This document shows positions 58,258-64,000 of a stretch of 64,000 bases of DNA, piece after piece. The notes below the pieces were generated by a model. That model did not search any database, was not told where the DNA came from, and was given only the letters and a program-made list of their open reading frames with translations. How positions within the stretch are numbered: position 1 is the stretch's first letter; each line of letters begins with the position of its first letter. Made by a program: the position numbers and the translations under genes. The DNA comes from Thermodesulfobacteriota bacterium (GTDB lineage: Bacteria > Desulfobacterota_D > UBA1144 > Nemesobacterales > UBA2774), in assembly GCA_965223335.1 (NCBI GenBank), contig OZ244991.1, positions 608,001 through 672,000 of the forward strand, read 5' to 3'.

Positions 58258-59532
58258 CTATACCTCCTCATTTACCTCTGTCGGCACATAGCCCTCTTGG
58301 TCTACAAAATTAAGCACGATTTCAAGTAGATCTGGATTTATGTACTCATCACTTATGTACTCGGGATATACCGGGAGCCTCTCTCTCAACTGAAACCCGG
58401 CCTCATTCACATACTCTGCCATCAAGTCCAACTGAGGCCAAGGCGACTCGGGGTTTACATAGTCAATAGTAATCGGCGATACCCCACCCAGGTCATTAAT
58501 GCCCGCATAGATAAACAGCGGGTAGCTCTCGGGGTTAAGGTTTGGTGGGATTTGAATGTTCATAGCCCCACCGAAAATGATCCTAGATATGGCAACCAAC
58601 CTAAGCATATCTACCAGCTCAGGGGCAGGTGTGTCGGCCATCCGTATGCCGCTTGTGGGTGTGAAGTTTTGTATTATTATCTCCTGTAGATTCCCATATT
58701 TATCGTTTAGCTCTCTGAGCGCAAGCAGCGAATCTATCCTTTCCTCCCATGTTTCTCCGATACCTACCAGTATCCCCGAGGTCCAAGGAATGTTCAGCTC
58801 CCCTGCAAGGTCCATAGTGCTCATCCTCTGTTTCGGGACTTTATCGGGGCAGCGGTAGTGAGCCTCGCCTTTATTGAGCAGCCTAGGGCTTATATTCTCG
58901 AGCATAAGACCCATGCTCGGGTTTGATTTGCTAAATCCTATCAGTTCATCTCTTGTGGCAAGCCCTAGATTGGTATGGGGGAATATATTCTGTTTGAGCC
59001 CAAGCTCTCCAAGTGCAATCAGGTATTCGGCCGTGGTTTCATACCCGATTGATCTTAGGGCCTCTCTATACTCCCGGTAAACCAGCTCAGGCTTATCCCC
59101 CGTAACAAAGAGCAGTTCTGTACAACCCAGGCTCGCACCTTTTTTGGCCAGTTCCACCACCTCATCGGGCGGAATAAAGAGGCGGCCCTCATGAGGCTCA
59201 TATTTAAATGTACAGTAGCCGCAGTGATTCCTGCAAAGCTGGGTTACTGGGACAAATACATTCTTAGAAAAAGTAAGGGTCTTTCCCCTGCCCTCGTTTC
59301 TCAAATACGATGAAGCCATTAACAACTGCACCAGATCATCACCCTCTAGACCAATCAGTGATAGCGCCTCGTCTCTGCTAACCCTTTTGTCGTTAAGTGG
59401 TTTGTCCAGTACCCGGCCGAGCCCCGAAGGGGCCTGGTCCAGATTATCATCGATCTCTCCCAGTGCCTCTTTAAGCAGCTTAAAACTGCTCACTTGGCTG
59501 AGTTCTTCCCAAATTGGATGCAGTTCCTTCAT
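58258..59532 (-). CDS. cofG: FO synthase subunit 1 (CofG), radical SAM
   Basis: TFSKNVFVPVTQLCRNHCGYCTF, PHTN, SMGLMLE, PDK, QIPPNL, DLGGVSP, VNPESPWP. Confidence 0.9.
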   Translation of the reverse strand: MKELHPIWEELSQVSSFKLLKEALGEIDDNLDQAPSGLGRVLDKPLNDKRVSRDEALSLIGLEGDDLVQLLMASSYLRNEGRGKTLTFSKNVFVPVTQLCRNHCGYCTFKYEPHEGRLFIPPDEVVELAKKGASLGCTELLFVTGDKPELVYREYREALRSIGYETTAEYLIALGELGLKQNIFPHTNLGLATRDELIGFSKSNPSMGLMLENISPRLLNKGEAHYRCPDKVPKQRMSTMDLAGELNIPWTSGILVGIGETWEERIDSLLALRELNDKYGNLQEIIIQNFTPTSGIRMADTPAPELVDMLRLVAISRIIFGGAMNIQIPPNLNPESYPLFIYAGINDLGGVSPITIDYVNPESPWPQLDLMAEYVNEAGFQLRERLPVYPEYISDEYINPDLLEIVLNFVDQEGYVPTEVNEEV

Positions 59533-59701
59533 TAAATAACCTGTATAACGAAAAATACCCTATTTTTTAGATCTATCCACAGATAATAAGGACTCTCGAA
59601 TTAAATCACCCCGATTTACCCATTAATATTCGCATATCTGATTAATGGTTGTCAAGCTGCCTGTGACTGCTCATAACACGTTTTAAATCTTAGATAAAAT
59701 A

Positions 59702-60634
59702 CTAATCTTGGAACAATTCCAATACCTTGGTTGCAAGCTCCGAGGCTACCTCTGCCGTACGCATTACGGTGTCCATACAAACCGCTCCTATACCCAGTTC
59801 CTCAATCCTGCTTACCTCACCGGCATCGCTCCGGTCGACTACGATCAGATCTAAAAAATCCTTGTATAAACTCGCCACACCGTATGACGACACCTCTACC
59901 CCTAGCCCCCTCATCAACTTATCGGCAGGGCCTCTGAGTGGCACACCACCCACAAGCGGGCTTATGGCAATTATTTTTGCACTTGTGTTTACAAGCTCAT
60001 CCCGTATGGACCCCGTAGCCAGAATAGGCCCGATGCTGATAATCGGGTTGCTAGGGCAAAGTATAATCGCGTCTGCGTTCCTAATTGCACTAATCACTCC
60101 CGGTGCGGGATCGGCACTCTCGATCCGCCTTATGTTTACTCCGAGCACGTCGGGCCTCATTTTTTCTTTTACTAAGTACTCCTGGAAATGCATCTCTCCC
60201 TGCTCTGTATCTATCCAAGTCTCTACGCTTTGGTCGGTCATCGGCAGCAGGTTGATGTAGTCCTCTAAGCCATAAGCTTTTGCAATCCGTGCCGTGATCT
60301 CGGACGGTGTTGCTCCTCCTTGCAGTTGTTCGGTCCTAAAGATATGCGTGGCCAGGTCCCTGTCGCCGATGTGGAACCAGGACTCGGCCCCGAACCTCTC
60401 AAGAGTCTCAAGGCAGCTAAACGTGTCATCTGCAAGCCCCCAGCCCCTTTTTCTGTCCACCTCACCCGAGAGCCTATATATAATGGTGTCGATATCCGGC
60501 GACACCAATAGCCCGTTTATCCAAATATCATCGGCCGTGTTTACTATGATATTTAACTGCTCGCGATCTATTATCTGTGAAAGACCCTCTAAGAACTTAG
60601 AGGCTCCGACCCCTCCGGCAAGGGTTGTTATCAT
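59702..60634 (-). CDS. cofD: 2-phospho-L-lactate (or EPPG/GPPG):FO transferase
   Basis: LAGGVGASKF, VNTADD, SPDIDT, GDRD, HFQEY, PSNPIISIGPI, GPADKLM. Confidence 0.93.
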   Translation of the reverse strand: MITTLAGGVGASKFLEGLSQIIDREQLNIIVNTADDIWINGLLVSPDIDTIIYRLSGEVDRKRGWGLADDTFSCLETLERFGAESWFHIGDRDLATHIFRTEQLQGGATPSEITARIAKAYGLEDYINLLPMTDQSVETWIDTEQGEMHFQEYLVKEKMRPDVLGVNIRRIESADPAPGVISAIRNADAIILCPSNPIISIGPILATGSIRDELVNTSAKIIAISPLVGGVPLRGPADKLMRGLGVEVSSYGVASLYKDFLDLIVVDRSDAGEVSRIEELGIGAVCMDTVMRTAEVASELATKVLELFQD

Positions 60635-60677
60635 TAGATGTACCTTTTGGACATAGGAATAGGTAAAAAGTGGAATT

Positions 60678-60706
60678 AGGTTATTCTAGCCCCCTGTGGC
60701 TGTCAA
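60678..60706 (-). promoter_or_regulatory. Putative sigma70 promoter of cofD
   Basis: TTGACA-N17-TAACCT. Confidence 0.65.
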
Positions 60707-60867
60707 GCCTCACCATAGTTGATATTCGCATCCTTCCATTTATATTTACATTTATCAAGTTAAATCTATGTTGCATGTATGTAGCGCACCTGTTGTGTCC
60801 CAGGGTTGAAACCGGTGCGCATGTGGTATAGATTTTACTTAGAATTTAATAAATAGGATGATTAATA

Positions 60868-62481
60868 ATGAGTCTGGATCTGATACGGAAGAAACATACC
60901 TGGTTTACTAGAATAGTACTTATACTGATAGGTATTGTGTTTATATTCGGCCTTGGATTTGTAGGGATATCGGGGCTGGGATCGGGTGGGGGAGTTGCCC
61001 CTACCGGTGTAGCTGCTACCGTTAACGGCGAGCCTATAAGTATGAACCAATACCTAAACATTAGAAAGAATGTTAGAAAACAGTACACGCAAAATAGCAA
61101 CATACCCCAAGAACTCATGCCTCAGATCGATATGATGGCATTGAATCAGCTTATAGAGCTCAAACTGCTGGCTCAGAAGGCCCGCGAGATGGGGTTTAGG
61201 GTATCGGACGAGGAATTAAGCAAGGATATACACTCCAACCCCGGTTTTCAGGTTAACGGTGTGTTTGTCGGCAAAGAAGCATATAATCAGTATGTCGAGC
61301 AGGGCCTAAGGCTCAGTGTCCCGGACTTTGAAAGTGGCTACAGAGACTCTATGGTGGTCGAAAAGCTAGCCAATTTTATTAATGAAACGGCCATAGTAAC
61401 AGACGAAAAACTCTTTAATCTCTACAGGTTACAGAACGAGAAGGCAAACCTTGCTTTTGTTGAATTTAATGCCGAGAACATAACCAACACCGATCTCCCC
61501 ACCGATAAAGAGCTCGAGGACTACTACAACCAACACAAAACCGATTTCAATACACCCGAACAAAGGAGTATAAGGTATTTAAAACTTGGCCCCGAGGTCT
61601 TTAGAAAAAACATAGAGATAACAGACCAAAATATTAAAGACTATTACGACGCCTATAAATCTACTTTTACAAACGAAGACGGCTCCGTAGCAGACATCTC
61701 GGTGGTAAGGGATGAGATCGCTGACAAACTAAAAACCCAACAAACGGAGCAGGAACGCTTGAAAGTGCTCCAAGATATTCAAAGCACTCTGGGTCAAAAA
61801 ATTGATACATTAGAAAATCTTGCTAAAAAGTATTCAGCAGACGAAATAATAGAAACCCGAGCATACGCCGCCACAAACGGCCCAAATGACATTCCCACAG
61901 AGATATGGCAGAGGGCATTCGCTTTCGACAGCAAAGACAGATACTACCAGCCGATGGGCGACTCCATTTGGTTTGCTGAGCTAAAGGATATAGTCCCCTC
62001 TAAGGAACGCAGTTTCGACCAGGCTAAAGGCGATGTCATAAAAACAGTTAATCTCGAAAATTCCAGAGCCGAGACCTCTAAAAAGGCAGGGGACGCTCTG
62101 CAAAAATTAAAAGCCGCCAACAAAGGAGAGTTTGCAAATAAAGCCCAAGCTTTGGGCCTTGAGGTAAACGAGACCGGGCTATTTACCAGGACCCAGCAGG
62201 TGCCCAAAATCGGTATCAAAGAGCTCGGGCTCTTGGCGTTTTCTCTAAATGAAGGATCAGCCGTAGCACCCAAGGTTTTTAACAACGGCAACAGCTACTA
62301 TATTGTTGCGTTAAAAGAGATAGAGGAAGTCAACAAACAAGAGTTTGAAAATCAAAAAGCCCAGATTGAGCAACAAGAGCTTGCAAGACAACGTAGAGCG
62401 CTCTTCGAGGACTGGATACAGAGACTGAAGCAGGAATCGGATATTCGTCCGAACGAAGACATACTCTCCAATCAAGGTTAA
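60868..62481 (+). CDS. ppiD: PpiD/SurA-N family membrane-anchored periplasmic chaperone
   Basis: N-terminal TM, AATVNGEPIS, GFRVSDEEL, LEDYY...F.TPEQR, W...LK...DI. Confidence 0.8.
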   Translation: MSLDLIRKKHTWFTRIVLILIGIVFIFGLGFVGISGLGSGGGVAPTGVAATVNGEPISMNQYLNIRKNVRKQYTQNSNIPQELMPQIDMMALNQLIELKLLAQKAREMGFRVSDEELSKDIHSNPGFQVNGVFVGKEAYNQYVEQGLRLSVPDFESGYRDSMVVEKLANFINETAIVTDEKLFNLYRLQNEKANLAFVEFNAENITNTDLPTDKELEDYYNQHKTDFNTPEQRSIRYLKLGPEVFRKNIEITDQNIKDYYDAYKSTFTNEDGSVADISVVRDEIADKLKTQQTEQERLKVLQDIQSTLGQKIDTLENLAKKYSADEIIETRAYAATNGPNDIPTEIWQRAFAFDSKDRYYQPMGDSIWFAELKDIVPSKERSFDQAKGDVIKTVNLENSRAETSKKAGDALQKLKAANKGEFANKAQALGLEVNETGLFTRTQQVPKIGIKELGLLAFSLNEGSAVAPKVFNNGNSYYIVALKEIEEVNKQEFENQKAQIEQQELARQRRALFEDWIQRLKQESDIRPNEDILSNQG

Positions 62482-62503
62482 CAGCAGGAGTGTAAGTATT
62501 GCA

Positions 62504-64000
62504 TTGGATAAAAAAGTATTCATTATCGGAAACAACAAAGATTATTGCGATAAAGTAAAAGAGTTCATAGAACAAAAGGGTATTGCTACAACCCTATTGT
62601 TGGACTACAAAGACGGAATTGACAAACTCTTTTACGAAAAACCAGAACTAACCGTTTTGGAACTCACAGACCAGGCACTTAGCCCCGGGCTTATAGCCAG
62701 AATCCAGGGCAACAGTTACTTCGAAATAATCGATTTTGTAAACGATGTCGAGCCAAACACCGATACTAATCAAATATATATCGTACAACAAGAGTCCCAA
62801 CTGCCGGTTTTAGAAGAGTACTTGAGTAAATACCCGACATCGACAGAACCCTCGGAGTCTGAGACAGAGTTCGATGAAGAAGGGAACCTGGAAGAGGTAT
62901 TTTTCCCCAAGTTGATCGTTGACCTGTACACGAAACGAAAGACCGGGATACTGGAAATACACTCGGCTACAAATCTAAAGATCTGCTTCATGAACGGCAT
63001 ACCTGTGTTTGCAGAGGGTGGAGGGATTGAGACAGCACTGGGCAAAATTCTGCTCGGCAGAAAAAAAATAAACGAGCAAGAATACATAAAGGCCGTCGAC
63101 ACCTCCTCTCAAAACAAACAAAAAATTGGAGAGGTGCTTGTGGAGATGGGTAAAATATCTCCGCACGAGCTAAACAACTATCTGGAACTCCAAGTTGCCG
63201 AGAAGATAATATATGGCTTCACATGCTTGAGCGGTAATTATAATTTTACAAATACAGCCAAATTTACTGATCGAATTGTTGTATACCAGACTAAACTGCC
63301 CGATGTACTGCGCTCGGCCATCGATAGGTACATTAATCCCGATACAATCGAGCTCTCGAGCACCGAGATAAATATTAATGAAGAGCTTAGAGCCAAAATG
63401 ATGAACGAGCTGGGTCTCGGCCCCAGGGAACTCAGGTTAGTCGACCTACTAAAACAGGGGGCTAAGTTCTCAGACGTTCTGGAATCATCGAGACTAAACA
63501 GAGATGAGACACGCAAATTAATATATTTCCTAAGCCTGCTAGGATTCATCAATATGCCGGATTCGTTTGTTGAGGACATCGGCAGACAATCGATTCAAAA
63601 CGTGCTTAAGTACTACGATCAATACACACAAACTGACCAGACTCCGGATCTACCGTTAGAAGAGGAGATAATAGAACTAAACGAAGAGATTATCGACAAT
63701 AATACAGAAGCTGTTGAACAAGACAACCTAGAACCCACACCAGAAACATTTGAAGAGGGTTCGCAGGAAATACCCATAGAAGACATTGCAGCGCAACCCG
63801 AGAGCAGTATGGCACCTGACGATAATGAATTCGAACCCGAGATAGCAGTTGAGACCGGTGACTTTGAGCAAACCACGGATGATGCTCACCATATTCCCGA
63901 GTACGAAGAGAACACAGTCGATATAAAATTGGATCTTGACGAGCAAGCTGATACGGCCCCAACCACAGAAAGGAGCCTGCCTCAGGATGTTTCGGGCTTC
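62504..64000 (+). CDS. Multidomain protein (receiver-like, DUF4388-like with LG..L motifs, acidic low-complexity linker); 3' end lies outside the window
   Basis: Hand translation from TTG 62504 (after AGGAG) is open for 499 codons to the window edge: MDKKVFIIG...GNLEEVFFPKLIVDLYTKRKTGILEI...LGKILL...KIGEVLVEMG. Confidence 0.8.
   Translation, partial: MDKKVFIIGNNKDYCDKVKEFIEQKGIATTLLLDYKDGIDKLFYEKPELTVLELTDQALSPGLIARIQGNSYFEIIDFVNDVEPNTDTNQIYIVQQESQLPVLEEYLSKYPTSTEPSESETEFDEEGNLEEVFFPKLIVDLYTKRKTGILEIHSATNLKICFMNGIPVFAEGGGIETALGKILLGRKKINEQEYIKAVDTSSQNKQKIGEVLVEMGKISPHELNNYLELQVAEKIIYGFTCLSGNYNFTNTAKFTDRIVVYQTKLPDVLRSAIDRYINPDTIELSSTEININEELRAKMMNELGLGPRELRLVDLLKQGAKFSDVLESSRLNRDETRKLIYFLSLLGFINMPDSFVEDIGRQSIQNVLKYYDQYTQTDQTPDLPLEEEIIELNEEIIDNNTEAVEQDNLEPTPETFEEGSQEIPIEDIAAQPESSMAPDDNEFEPEIAVETGDFEQTTDDAHHIPEYEENTVDIKLDLDEQADTAPTTERSLPQDVSGF

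Noticed and set aside
59573..59581. DnaA-box-like CTATCCACA
   Set aside because: Single mismatched copy with no cluster or origin context.
60784..60820. GCGCACC...GGTGCGC inverted repeat upstream of ppiD
   Set aside because: Short stem overlapping a probable promoter; not tRNA-like and no matching RNA family recognised.
1..64000. CRISPR arrays, IS elements, tRNA/rRNA and defence systems
   Set aside because: None recognised by eye; most intergenic gaps are short and lack regularly spaced repeats.

Overview
Densely coded bacterial chromosomal window (about 55 CDS). I recognised no rRNA, tRNA, CRISPR array or mobile element. Gene order and protein style (xerC-hslV-hslU ... argB-argD-argF, glyA-nrdR, rsmD-coaD) suggest a Deltaproteobacteria-like or Dadabacteria-like Gram-negative; this is inference only. 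Contents, left to right: a 5'-truncated FAD-linked oxidase; a complete pentose-phosphate operon (tkt, tal-pgi fusion, HAD, rpiA, rpe, gnd, zwf, pgl); NCS2 permease, TauE/SafE, P-loop kinase, SDR and ispH; an ABC exporter, plant-type galacturonokinase-like kinase and nucleotidyltransferase module; uvrA, glyA, nrdR, tatD, pdxA and cobB; a signal-less LivJ/K-type binding protein; aspC, coaD and rsmD; an acidic secreted protein with (PEPS)n tail behind a sigma54-like promoter; fmt and a receiver-like/DHH phosphoesterase; trpF-trpB-trpA, with a 577-bp gap carrying a sigma54-like promoter and a palindrome; two SGNH proteins and a GT4; an 11xLysM-NlpC/P60 hydrolase with a ydaO-like leader motif; xerC-hslVU, a Cld/ChdC-family protein and argBDF; a ClpX paralogue coupled to rimO; cofD-cofG-cofH (F420/Fo synthesis); ppiD; and a 3'-truncated receiver-like/DUF4388-like protein missed by the ORF track. 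Best leads: the GalAK-like sugar-acid salvage module, the sigma54 unit inside the trp operon, the compact ydaO-like motif, and the cof cluster. All calls are by eye from motifs; no searches were run.
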